Below the pieces are notes generated by a model that was given only the letters and a program-made list of their open reading frames with translations, was not told the DNA's origin and did not search any database. DNA of 64,000 nucleotides from a bacterium (GTDB lineage: Bacteria > Patescibacteriota > Saccharimonadia > Saccharimonadales > UBA4665): contig DAIDMV010000002.1 in assembly GCA_027448765.1 (NCBI GenBank), positions 366 through 64,365 of the forward strand, read 5' to 3'. Made by a program: the position numbers and the translations under genes. This document shows, piece after piece, positions 37,543 to 47,069 of this stretch (positions are counted from its first letter, which is position 1; the number at the start of each line of letters is the position of its first letter).

Positions 37543-38925
37543 TTAATTAAGTTTGTATTTATTAAAAGTAATTTGTCTAGCTAGTTGATGATCGACAATC
37601 GGTAAAGGATAATCAACACCAATTAAACAGTTACTACTAACCTGCTGACTGATTGGCATTATCCATGGTTGAGCTAAAAATTGACTAGGAACTTGAGTCA
37701 AGGCTGGTAAATATTTCTTAACGTATTGGCCAGTTTGATCGTAAGTTGTTTGTTGTTTAATCGGATTATAAAAACGTCTAAACATTGGGGCTGGATCAAC
37801 CCCAACTGAAGTAACCCACTGCCAATTACCATTATTACTGGCTATGTCATGATCAACTAAATATTTTTCAAAATACTGTTGACCAAGACGCCAATCTATA
37901 TCTAAGTCTTTAGTTAAAAAAGAAGCTACAATTAATCTGGCCCTATTATGGATGAAACCCTCTAGTCTTAACTGTTTCATAGCACTGTCAATGATCGGGT
38001 AACCAGTTTGTGAATTTTGCCAAGCCTCTAAATAGATTGGATTATTAGTCCATTGTAGGTTGCGATATTTAGTTTGGAACTCTTGTTTTAAATTATCTGG
38101 ATAATGATAGAGAATGTAGGCATAAAATTCACGCCAACAAATTTGTCGTAACCAAGCGGTTGAATTCATTGAAGGCTTAAGACTGGCTTCAATCATTAAA
38201 GGACTGATGGTGCCGAAATTTAAATCAGCTGATAAACGAGAAGTACCATCGACACTCAGATCGTCATGATTCTTGAGATAATCATGTAGTTGAGTAGTTA
38301 GAAAATGATCTAACCGTTGATTGGCTGAGTCTTCGCCACCATGGATTTTGTTGGGTGACAGATCGTTAGATTTTATAAATTGATTTAAATAGTTTGGTTG
38401 CAATGTTTTGATATTTTTTTGTGGTAAATGACAATGAATTGGTGTTGGACTGATTAAGCGTCTTTTTTGAGCTAACCAATTATGGTAAAAAGGTGTAAAA
38501 ATTTGATAGTGTTGTTGATTTTTAGTTACAATTTTATCTAGGTTATCCACAATATATTGCCCAGGAAATTGTTTAACAGTTAAGCCTTTTTTAGCTAATT
38601 GATGATAAGTTAGCTGGAGCTTAGGATCATAGTTAAGAGTAGTATAAATTTGATCAATTTTATATTCTTGAGCTAATTGACTTAAAGTATCTAAATAATT
38701 ACCATCTCTTAAAATTAATTGACCACCTATTTTTTTGATCTTTTGATCTAAATTTGCTAGACACTCCATTAAAAAATGATTATGATTTGATGATTTTTTA
38801 CTTAATTGATGTTGATCGAAAATAAAGATGGGAATAATAGATTGATGGTCTTGGCTGGCTTGACTAAGAGCCGGATGATCACTAAGTCGTAAGATTGTAT
38901 TAAACCAGACAATAGCTTGAGACAT
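37543..38925 (-). CDS. phr: Deoxyribodipyrimidine photolyase
   Basis: 460 aa with WFNTILRLSDHPAL, WREFY and GFIHNRARLIVASFLTKDL. Confidence 0.92.
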   Translation of the reverse strand: MSQAIVWFNTILRLSDHPALSQASQDHQSIIPIFIFDQHQLSKKSSNHNHFLMECLANLDQKIKKIGGQLILRDGNYLDTLSQLAQEYKIDQIYTTLNYDPKLQLTYHQLAKKGLTVKQFPGQYIVDNLDKIVTKNQQHYQIFTPFYHNWLAQKRRLISPTPIHCHLPQKNIKTLQPNYLNQFIKSNDLSPNKIHGGEDSANQRLDHFLTTQLHDYLKNHDDLSVDGTSRLSADLNFGTISPLMIEASLKPSMNSTAWLRQICWREFYAYILYHYPDNLKQEFQTKYRNLQWTNNPIYLEAWQNSQTGYPIIDSAMKQLRLEGFIHNRARLIVASFLTKDLDIDWRLGQQYFEKYLVDHDIASNNGNWQWVTSVGVDPAPMFRRFYNPIKQQTTYDQTGQYVKKYLPALTQVPSQFLAQPWIMPISQQVSSNCLIGVDYPLPIVDHQLARQITFNKYKLN

Positions 38926-38945
38926 TCTTAAGAATGGACTGGTCG

Positions 38946-39854
38946 TTAAGTTAAATGATTGATTATTTTTTCAATACTACTAGAAGTTTCTCGAATATTA
39001 TTGGCAATAAAACTTTTAACTGGTCGGTAGGTTGTTGAAACGGTTGAAGTGCCAACTAAAAATAAAATAATAGCAATACTGAAACCAATTCTTGGCCTTA
39101 GTTTTTTAGTTTGAGTATTTCTAAAGGCTGGTGCTGTCCCGATAACTTCTTTTTTAAAGATTTTATTAATATAGTAGGCACCTAAATAATAAAATAAGAA
39201 AGTCACAAAGAAATTATAATAAAAACCTTTTTTAAGTCGTCTAGCTGATGTTAGACTTGGGTTTCTTGGTAAAAATTTAATTTGACCGAAATTTTTTAAT
39301 TGATGTAGAACATGTAATTCATCACCACCTTGCATGGCAATTAAATTATAGCCTTTAAAAAATGATTTTTTGAAGGCTAAGTTAGTTGCTGTTACATAAT
39401 AAGGGTGCTTAACGATAAGACTGTAAAAATAATCAGATATAAATAAGAATTTGGTGTAAGTTTTGCCCCACCAAGGTCCATCAAGATATTGACATGGACC
39501 GGCTACGGCGACTAAATTAGGATTTTTGACGAATGATTGGTGAATATTTTCTAACCAGTTTGGTTTAAAGACAGTGTCGGAATCAGTTGAAATGATTATT
39601 TCCCCTGTTGCGGCATTAGCGCCAGCTTGTCTGGCAAAACAAACTCCAGGTCGACTTTCTTGAACTAATTTAACATTTGGAAATTGACGGATAATTTCGA
39701 CTGAATTATCGGTAGAGTTATTGTCGACTACAATAATTTCGGGTTTTAAATCAGTCTGCTGCTGAGTTAAGGAATTTAAGCAATTATAGATGTAAGCAGC
39801 TTCATTATAACAGGGTATAACGATGCTGTAATGATAATTTCCACTACTTTTCAT
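38946..39854 (-). CDS. GT2 glycosyltransferase
   Basis: 302 aa with SIVIPCYNEA, VVDNNSTD and TDSDT, plus C-terminal TM helices. Confidence 0.85.
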   Translation of the reverse strand: MKSSGNYHYSIVIPCYNEAAYIYNCLNSLTQQQTDLKPEIIVVDNNSTDNSVEIIRQFPNVKLVQESRPGVCFARQAGANAATGEIIISTDSDTVFKPNWLENIHQSFVKNPNLVAVAGPCQYLDGPWWGKTYTKFLFISDYFYSLIVKHPYYVTATNLAFKKSFFKGYNLIAMQGGDELHVLHQLKNFGQIKFLPRNPSLTSARRLKKGFYYNFFVTFLFYYLGAYYINKIFKKEVIGTAPAFRNTQTKKLRPRIGFSIAIILFLVGTSTVSTTYRPVKSFIANNIRETSSSIEKIINHLT

Positions 39855-39933
39855 TGCTAGTAATTATACAGCAAAATTTCAGATTTTAAAAGCTTTTTAT
39901 GTTTATTTATTATTTGATTTAATTGACGAAAGA

Positions 39934-42813
39934 TTATTTTTTGAGTTGTAATTGACAGTCATAATCATCAAACTTAATATCAACGGTTAAATCTGGCTGA
40001 TCAATCGTTTGGTTTAGTTTGGTTGTCAGAGTTTCTTCCATGATTAAGTTTTTTTGATGTTCAGTCGTCTGTTGGATAATTTGGTGATTTGACGTAATGA
40101 TTAACTGAATACGATCATCTACCTGATAATTAGCTTGTTTACGAGCACTTTGAATGTGACGAATTAGTTCCCTGGCTAAGCCTTCTTCTATTAATTGATC
40201 ATTGAGCTTAATATCTAGATCAATCTCATTACCCCATTTTACTTCTTTGACATTGAGTTCATCGGCGATGAGACTTTTATAATAATCAGGTAATTTGGGT
40301 ACGGTAAAACTAGCTAATGGCTGACGTACTTTAATTTTTTGGCTAGCTCGAAGAGCTAAACCTTGATTAATATAGTCCCTAGCTTGAGTCATATTATCTA
40401 GTAAGGTTTGGTCAATTTTTTGAGTTGATGGCCAGTCACTGAGATGGACAGATGTTGGTAATGAAGTTTTGTGAGTTAGTTGTCGCCATATATGGTCGCT
40501 TAAAAAAGGTGAAAACGGAGCTAGTAATTGACAGATAGTGATCAAACTATAGTAAAGAGTTTCGTAAGCTTCGGTTTTGTCTAGGTTGTTGTCACTTTTC
40601 CAGAACCTTCTTCTGGAACGACGAATATACCAATTGCTCAGATCGTCAAGCAGATCAGTGATTTGCTCTGATGCTTTATCTATTCGATAGTTATCTAAAT
40701 GAGTGGTTATTTTTTTAATAACTTGATTAAGCCTGGCTATAATCCATTGATCTAATAAATTTTGACTTTTAGGAACCTGACCAGGATGTTGAGGTGTAAA
40801 ATGATCGACATCAGCGTAGAGTTGATAAAAATTAAAACTGTTATTCAGGGTCATAAAAACTTTTCGTTGAATGTCTCGAAGATGATTAGAAATAAACCTA
40901 ACGTCTTCTCCGTGAACAATTGGTGAGCTAGCCATAAAAAACCTTAGAGTATCTACGCCAAAATTATCAAAAGTTTCATCCATAGGAGCATAGTTCTTTT
41001 TTCTTTTAGATAGTTTTTGACCATCGGCTGCTACTACCCAACCACTACTAATAACATTTTTAAAGGCTGGTTGATCAAATAAACTGACAGCCAAAACATG
41101 AAGAGTATAAAACCAGCCTCTAGTTTGATCAATAGCTTCAGCGATAAAATCAGCTGGAAAAACTTTTTGCCAGTCAATATCTTGGTTAAAAGGATAATGA
41201 TCTTGACCGTAAGGCATCGAACCTGACTCAAACCAACAATCAAAAACTTCTGGAATTCGTCTAGCGATTTTACCTGAGTCGGTTTTAATTTCAACTTGAT
41301 CAATATAGGGTCGATGTAGATCGGTTATTTTGCTAGCATCAACTGCCCTTTCCTTTAGTTCTTTAAGGCTACCGATAATAACAGTTTCTTCTCCGTCGTC
41401 GGTTTGCCAGATCGGTAATGGTGAACCCCAGAATCGATTGCGAGAGATTGACCAATCGCGAGCGTTTTCGAGCCAATTACCAAAGCGACCATCTTTAATA
41501 TGATTCGGTGTCCAGTTAATTTTTTGATTATTGTCTATTAATTTTGGAACAAGATGACTAACCCTGACTAGCCAAGAATCAGTGGCGTAATAAAGTAATG
41601 GTGTATCACAACGCCAACAAAAAGGATAAGTGTGTTTAAAAGTTTCGGCGGCAAAAACATGATTCGATTTTGTTAACAGTTCAATGATTAAATTGTCGGC
41701 TGTTTTAAAGAATTTACCAGCAATATTTTCAGGTAAGCCAAGGTTAGTTTTAATTTTGCCGTATTCGTCTAGAGTAATTAGAATTGGTAATTTGAATTTT
41801 TGACCTAGTTTTAAATCATCTTCACCGAAAGCTGGTGCAACATGTAAGACACCTGAACCATCTTCAATGCTAACAAAATCAGCTGGCCAAACTTTGTATA
41901 AATTATCTTTATAGATCTCGTCTTTTATGTTGCTTAATTTGAAAAGTGGTTGATAACTAAGACCAACTAGATCTTGACCTTTGACTTGGCGAATTATTTT
42001 GTAGTTATCGCTATTAAGGCAGGCCAAACAGTTTTTAGCTAAAATTAAAGTCTCGTCTTGATGATTATCATCTTGTAGGGCGACATAGAGATAATCAGCA
42101 TCAGGATTAACCGCAATAGCACTGTTACCAGGTAAACTCCAAGGTGTAGTTGTCCAACCCAATAAATAGGCGTCTTGGTCGGTTATTTTAAATTTAACGT
42201 ATAAACTTGGATCACTAACATTGTCTTGATAACCTTGATTGAGTTCAAAATTAGATAACGGGGTTGCACAACGAGGACAATATGGTGAAGATCTAAAGTC
42301 TTTATAGACTAAACCTTTTTCAAAAATAGTTTTAAAAACCCACCAAACTGATTCGATATAGTTTTCATCCATAGTTGTGTAGGTCTGAGTGTAATCAGCC
42401 CACCGACCCAATCGAATAAAGAGAGCTTCCCAGATTTCTTTGTATTTAAAAACCGATTCTTTACATTCTTGGTTGAATTTTTCAATGCCATATTTTTCAA
42501 TGTCTTGCTTACCGCTAAAACCGTGTTCTTTTTCAATTGCATATTCGATCGGCAATCCATGTGTATCCCAGCCGACTCTTCTTTTAACTAAAAAGCCTTG
42601 CATGGTTTTATAGCGAGTTATACTGTCTTTAATGGTTGTTTGAACGACATGACCATAGTGAGGTAAGCCGTTAGCAAATGGTGGACCATCATAAAATGTA
42701 AATTCTGATCGACCCTTTCGATTATCTAGACTTTTTTGAAAAGTTTGTTCATCAGCCCAAACTTTCAGTATGTTTTCTTCAATTTCAGCTAAAAAATGTT
42801 TTTGTGTTGGCAT
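39934..42813 (-). CDS. ileS: Isoleucyl-tRNA synthetase (type-2-like motifs)
   Basis: 959 aa with GPPFANGLPHYGHV (HYGH variant of HIGH) and KLSKRKKN (KMSKR-type KMSKS). Confidence 0.95.
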   Translation of the reverse strand: MPTQKHFLAEIEENILKVWADEQTFQKSLDNRKGRSEFTFYDGPPFANGLPHYGHVVQTTIKDSITRYKTMQGFLVKRRVGWDTHGLPIEYAIEKEHGFSGKQDIEKYGIEKFNQECKESVFKYKEIWEALFIRLGRWADYTQTYTTMDENYIESVWWVFKTIFEKGLVYKDFRSSPYCPRCATPLSNFELNQGYQDNVSDPSLYVKFKITDQDAYLLGWTTTPWSLPGNSAIAVNPDADYLYVALQDDNHQDETLILAKNCLACLNSDNYKIIRQVKGQDLVGLSYQPLFKLSNIKDEIYKDNLYKVWPADFVSIEDGSGVLHVAPAFGEDDLKLGQKFKLPILITLDEYGKIKTNLGLPENIAGKFFKTADNLIIELLTKSNHVFAAETFKHTYPFCWRCDTPLLYYATDSWLVRVSHLVPKLIDNNQKINWTPNHIKDGRFGNWLENARDWSISRNRFWGSPLPIWQTDDGEETVIIGSLKELKERAVDASKITDLHRPYIDQVEIKTDSGKIARRIPEVFDCWFESGSMPYGQDHYPFNQDIDWQKVFPADFIAEAIDQTRGWFYTLHVLAVSLFDQPAFKNVISSGWVVAADGQKLSKRKKNYAPMDETFDNFGVDTLRFFMASSPIVHGEDVRFISNHLRDIQRKVFMTLNNSFNFYQLYADVDHFTPQHPGQVPKSQNLLDQWIIARLNQVIKKITTHLDNYRIDKASEQITDLLDDLSNWYIRRSRRRFWKSDNNLDKTEAYETLYYSLITICQLLAPFSPFLSDHIWRQLTHKTSLPTSVHLSDWPSTQKIDQTLLDNMTQARDYINQGLALRASQKIKVRQPLASFTVPKLPDYYKSLIADELNVKEVKWGNEIDLDIKLNDQLIEEGLARELIRHIQSARKQANYQVDDRIQLIITSNHQIIQQTTEHQKNLIMEETLTTKLNQTIDQPDLTVDIKFDDYDCQLQLKK

Positions 42814-43012
42814 AGAACAATCTCCTTATAAGTTATTTTTCGGATCCAGATCAACTGGAGGTACCATCCGAATTCTGTTTTTATGTAAAACAGCCCTTAA
42901 TTGGAGGTTGTAACGGACCTAAATCGCCATAGTTCTAATGAGAAATAAAAAATATTTCCGTTCTTCTAGGAGCTAACGGTTGATAGCCGCTATGATTATT
43001 TATCACGCTTCA
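42814..43012 (-). promoter_or_regulatory. Candidate T-box leader RNA (Ile specifier) of ileS
   Basis: On the minus strand, a hairpin UAGCGG-CUAUCAA-CCGUUA (42992-42974) presents AUC followed by A. A stem III-like hairpin is CUGUUUU-ACAUA-AAAACAG (42893-42875). A T-box-like sequence is AAUUCGGAUGGUACCUCC (42874-42857). The helix UUCGGA/UCCGAA plus UCCAG/CUGGA carries a 7-nt bulge UGGUACC (42872-42839). No U-tract follows. Confidence 0.6.
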
Positions 43013-43018
43013 TTGTTT

Positions 43019-43047
43019 ATTTTAACTTTTAGAATTCGTTAAGTCAA
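43019..43047 (-). promoter_or_regulatory. Sigma-70-type promoter of the ileS leader
   Basis: Minus strand TTGACT, a 17-nt spacer, then TAAAAT. Confidence 0.6.
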
Positions 43048-43132
43048 TTATGTGTAGAGGTTCATATAATGAGATGAGCGTCACTTGCTTGTCTTATAAG
43101 CTAGTTTTAAATTTATTTGAGTCTTAAGTAAT

Positions 43133-44860
43133 TTAACGTTTGTTTGAAACATTTTTTGTTTTAGTCGGACTAATTTTATTCATAATCGGTAATCCGAGCA
43201 TTTTAAAAGCTTTCTCCATAATTAAAATATAGGCTTCCAATATGGTCAATCTAAAGTTTTGATTTGGGCTATCGAGAATTTGATCATTTTCGTAGAATTG
43301 ATTAAATAGTTGGCTGAGTTCATATAAATAATTACAGATAAGGTTTGGTTTAAGTTGATGGGTACTTTGCAGGACTAAATTAGGATAGTCTAAAAATTTT
43401 AGAATTAGTCGTTTTTCGAATTGATCAAGTTGACTAGTTATTTGATCTTGGTGTTTTTGAGCTTTTTGCAAAATGGATTTAGCTCTGACTAAAGAATATT
43501 GTAGATAAACTCCAGTGTTACCTTTTAACTTAATTGATTCTTGAGGATCGAAAATCAAATCTGGTCCAATTTGTTGTTTTAAGAAACTATATTTAATAGC
43601 GCTTAAAACCAAATCAAAATCGGGCTTAGTTTGACTTACCTGCTGAGTAGTTCGTTGAACTAGATCAATTAAATCATAGGCCTGAATAAAATTACCCTTT
43701 CGACTACTCATTTTAATGCCGCCAACTAATTTAACATTACCGTGGGTAAGATGAATGGTTTTTTGGGATAATTCTGGTTTAATTTGTTCCATTGCTTTTA
43801 AGATAACTTTCATATATTCTTGAATGTCGTTACCGGTGATAATAATCGATTGGTCAAAATGATAGTCTTGCCACTTTAATAAATTAAGACCAATATCTTT
43901 GGTTTCGTAAGTTGGTAAACCTTGTTGATTGATAAAGACTCGACTGTGTAGGCCGTATTTTTCACCAGGAAAAATAACAGCTCCTTGACTGGTTTCAAAG
44001 TGACCTTTTTGAAGTTGTTCTTGAACAGTTTTAAGACCAATACTAAATGTCTGGCTTTCTGGATAATACTTATCAAATTTAACGTTGATGGTTTGATAGA
44101 ATTGATCAAAATAATCATAACTCCATTGTCGACAAGTCCAATAAATTTGAGCTAAATTAGATTGATGATCCTGTTCGGCTTGAATTTGATAAATCTTTTG
44201 ATTGATAAGTTTAATTTCTTCTGCCACCGATTGCTCTTGTTCATAAACTGTATTACCTTCGATATAACACTGTACCAACCATTCAACTCGTTGATTATTG
44301 GGCACGGTGTTTAATTTATCCGGAAATTCGCCGCCCAAACTTTTAATAATGCCCCAGATTGATTTGGCAACATGGAGCCCAACATCACCGCCAAAATTGA
44401 CGCGATAAACTTGACCGCCAGCTTGTTCGATAATGTTAGAGATAGCATCTCCGATGATACTGGTGTAAAGATGGCCAACGTGCAAGACTTTAAATGGATT
44501 CGGGTCAGAAAATTCGGTTACAATTTTTTGATTTTTATATAATTCAGTTTGTCCAAAATGATTTTGATTGATAGTTTGCCTTAATTCATCAATGATAGTT
44601 TGATCAGCTAGATAAATGTTAATAAAACCAGGTGGTTTAGTTTCAATCTTTTGAAATGAAAATTGATCTTGTAGTTGATGACTAATTGTTTCAGCAATTT
44701 GAAGAGGATTTTGTTTTAAAGTTTTAGCTAGTTGCAAAGCAATGTTGGTAGAATAATCACCAAATTTTTCATCAGGTTTAGTGATGATCGGGTCAGTTTC
44801 TAAATGATAATTTTCAAGAATAATTTTTTGCAAATAAACTTTAATTTGGTCTTCAGTCAT
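43133..44860 (-). CDS. argS: Arginyl-tRNA synthetase
   Basis: 575 aa with PNPFKVLHVGHL (HIGH) and KMSSRKGN (KMSKS-like). Confidence 0.95.
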   Translation of the reverse strand: MTEDQIKVYLQKIILENYHLETDPIITKPDEKFGDYSTNIALQLAKTLKQNPLQIAETISHQLQDQFSFQKIETKPPGFINIYLADQTIIDELRQTINQNHFGQTELYKNQKIVTEFSDPNPFKVLHVGHLYTSIIGDAISNIIEQAGGQVYRVNFGGDVGLHVAKSIWGIIKSLGGEFPDKLNTVPNNQRVEWLVQCYIEGNTVYEQEQSVAEEIKLINQKIYQIQAEQDHQSNLAQIYWTCRQWSYDYFDQFYQTINVKFDKYYPESQTFSIGLKTVQEQLQKGHFETSQGAVIFPGEKYGLHSRVFINQQGLPTYETKDIGLNLLKWQDYHFDQSIIITGNDIQEYMKVILKAMEQIKPELSQKTIHLTHGNVKLVGGIKMSSRKGNFIQAYDLIDLVQRTTQQVSQTKPDFDLVLSAIKYSFLKQQIGPDLIFDPQESIKLKGNTGVYLQYSLVRAKSILQKAQKHQDQITSQLDQFEKRLILKFLDYPNLVLQSTHQLKPNLICNYLYELSQLFNQFYENDQILDSPNQNFRLTILEAYILIMEKAFKMLGLPIMNKISPTKTKNVSNKR

Positions 44861-44881
44861 GATTAAAATAATAGCATTAAT

Positions 44882-45748
44882 CTAATAATTAATAATTTGA
44901 AAAAATTTTTTATATCTATAATCTAACATTTTTGTGATTGATTCTTTAGATTGAAAAGCATCATGGATCAATTCAAGGCTTATTTTTTTTGTTAAGTTGG
45001 ATTCGCGCGTTCTTGATAGGTCTTCTTTAAAGAAAACTAGTTTGATATTAAGAGGATTAGGATTCAAGGATGAAGGTATGTCACTGCGGCTAGTTTTTAA
45101 TTGAATTTTATGTAACTCATCAAGACTAGTTGATAGAATTTTAATATCAAAAGAAGCTTCAGCTGCTTTATTTAGTAAATCTCCTCCATGGTCGTCATTG
45201 ATTAATGTTGGTAAAGCAAATTGATGAGTTATGTGATATCGTCGATTAATTAAAGTGGTTAATAAAATCTCGTTAAAATGACCATAAATCTGTCGGTATT
45301 GGCTATTATCGTGGTACTTACTGTGATCATCAAGTTGTTGTAAAATTAACGAGTACCTTCGGATTAGATCAATATTATTAGTTTGAAATGTATCCATTTC
45401 TTTTAAACTGGGTGCCTTTTTTTGAATATAAGTTAGGTCAATTAAATCTAGTTGTTGGTGACGAAATTCAGTTTCAAATTTTATGTTATAAGGAACGATT
45501 GGATTTCTATAAATTTCTTCTAAATATGTTTTTGATAAAATTAAACTTTTTGAATTTTGTCGTTTGATTGATTCCAAGATGCCTAATTCGGCAATTAAGT
45601 AGTGTCCAGCCGGGAAATTTTTATCAAGCTCTTCGGCAGCGGTAAAAAAATTAATTGTACCGTCAAGATATTGATTGGCTATAACTCTAGAGCTTAAAGT
45701 AGCGTACTTTTCTGGGTATGTTTTGCCTGCTTTAATTTCAGCGTGCAT
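44882..45748 (-). CDS. Hypothetical protein
   Basis: 288 aa, soluble. No family recognised. 21 nt upstream of argS on the same strand. Confidence 0.6.
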   Translation of the reverse strand: MHAEIKAGKTYPEKYATLSSRVIANQYLDGTINFFTAAEELDKNFPAGHYLIAELGILESIKRQNSKSLILSKTYLEEIYRNPIVPYNIKFETEFRHQQLDLIDLTYIQKKAPSLKEMDTFQTNNIDLIRRYSLILQQLDDHSKYHDNSQYRQIYGHFNEILLTTLINRRYHITHQFALPTLINDDHGGDLLNKAAEASFDIKILSTSLDELHKIQLKTSRSDIPSSLNPNPLNIKLVFFKEDLSRTRESNLTKKISLELIHDAFQSKESITKMLDYRYKKFFQIINY

Positions 45749-45852
45749 AATTATTTACCTCTACTATAATTTTATCACACAATAAATTGTATAATTGTCT
45801 AACTATAAATAATTTTTATGTATTTAGAATTGTTTTAGCTTACAATGTGATT

Positions 45853-47040
45853 ATGAGTATTAATCAAGATAAAGCATTTTTAGATAACCAGACTATCTGT
45901 ACTGGTTTGTCGGGTAATGAGATTTACTGCCTTAATTTGTATGGCTTTCAACCGGGTAATCTATTGGTTGGTAATAGTGTTTTTGCTTTAGGTTTGATTA
46001 GTGGTATGACTTCATCAATCAGAACTACTATTGGAGGTGAAATCAAACAATTGACTAAGATGATAGCCGAAGGTCGAAGATTAAGTTTAAGTCGTTTTGA
46101 AGAAGAATTAAAGAAAACTAATGGTGTAGGTGCGACCGGTTTAAGTAGTCAAATAATATTTCATGCTGGTAATGTTGAATTTTTATCAATTGGTTCAACC
46201 GTTCATCGACAAGACAATGATCTAGGTCAAGCTTTTACTACGGCTTCAGATGGACAAGAATTATTTTGTCAGTTAGATATGGGCTATGCTCCTATTAAAT
46301 TTGTTTTTGGTAATGTGGCTTATTCAATTGGCTTTATGAAAAGTTTTTTTGGTGGATTAAAACAAATTACGAGAGGAGAAGTCAAACAATATAGTGATAT
46401 TTTTGATACGACTCGTCGATTAGCTTTAACAAGAATTATGGATGAAGCTAAATCCTTTCAAGCTAATTCAGTTATCGGTATTAAAACAACTATTTTGCCA
46501 CTTGGGCCTCAAGGTATTCAGGAAATGGTTATGGTTGGGACAGCTAGTTATAACCAACAGCTAGAGTCTTTAGCTCAACAATATGAAACTGTTTTAACTA
46601 GTAATTTAAACGCTGAAGAGATGTGGAATTTATCTCAAGTCGGTTATGCGCCAGTAGGTTTACTGCTTAGTACCAGTGTTTATTCATTAGGTTTTATTGG
46701 TGGTATTAAAGCTAGCTTAAAAAATTTAATTAAAGGTGAAATTTCTGATTTAACTGATATGATTTACGGTGCCAGACAAAAGGCTATTGAAAAATTACAA
46801 AATCAGGCCAACGATTTAGGTGCTAATTTGGTGGTTGGAATTAAAACCTATATTTATGATCTTGGTAGTGGCTTGATTGAATTTTTAGCTATTGGTACAG
46901 CTGTCAAAAAGGTAGAAACTTTAAAAACTAATTCTAACCAACTACCGGTTCAAGCTGTTATAAAAGAAAAAAATACCTTCATTAATAGTTATGATGCTCT
47001 TTATGACTATAGTTTACAAAATCAAAATCCTAAGGTTTGA
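45853..47040 (+). CDS. Protein with three tandem YbjQ/UPF0145-like domains
   Basis: Three internal repeats of about 110 aa each end in ...G(A/N)..(V/G)IKT.I..LG....E....GTA. The track ORF starts at TTG 45787; ATG 45853 (MSINQDK) is likelier. Confidence 0.65.
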   Translation: MSINQDKAFLDNQTICTGLSGNEIYCLNLYGFQPGNLLVGNSVFALGLISGMTSSIRTTIGGEIKQLTKMIAEGRRLSLSRFEEELKKTNGVGATGLSSQIIFHAGNVEFLSIGSTVHRQDNDLGQAFTTASDGQELFCQLDMGYAPIKFVFGNVAYSIGFMKSFFGGLKQITRGEVKQYSDIFDTTRRLALTRIMDEAKSFQANSVIGIKTTILPLGPQGIQEMVMVGTASYNQQLESLAQQYETVLTSNLNAEEMWNLSQVGYAPVGLLLSTSVYSLGFIGGIKASLKNLIKGEISDLTDMIYGARQKAIEKLQNQANDLGANLVVGIKTYIYDLGSGLIEFLAIGTAVKKVETLKTNSNQLPVQAVIKEKNTFINSYDALYDYSLQNQNPKV

Positions 47041-47069
47041 TTGATGTTAGGCTGTGTTAAGATGAGTTG

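Noticed and set aside
42836-42885. Read on the plus strand, the T-box helix looks like a terminator: a hairpin followed by TTCTGTTTTTAT.
   Set aside because: No plus-strand gene ends upstream of it, because ileS occupies the minus strand. The same helix, with its UGGUACC bulge, is better explained as part of the minus-strand ileS leader.
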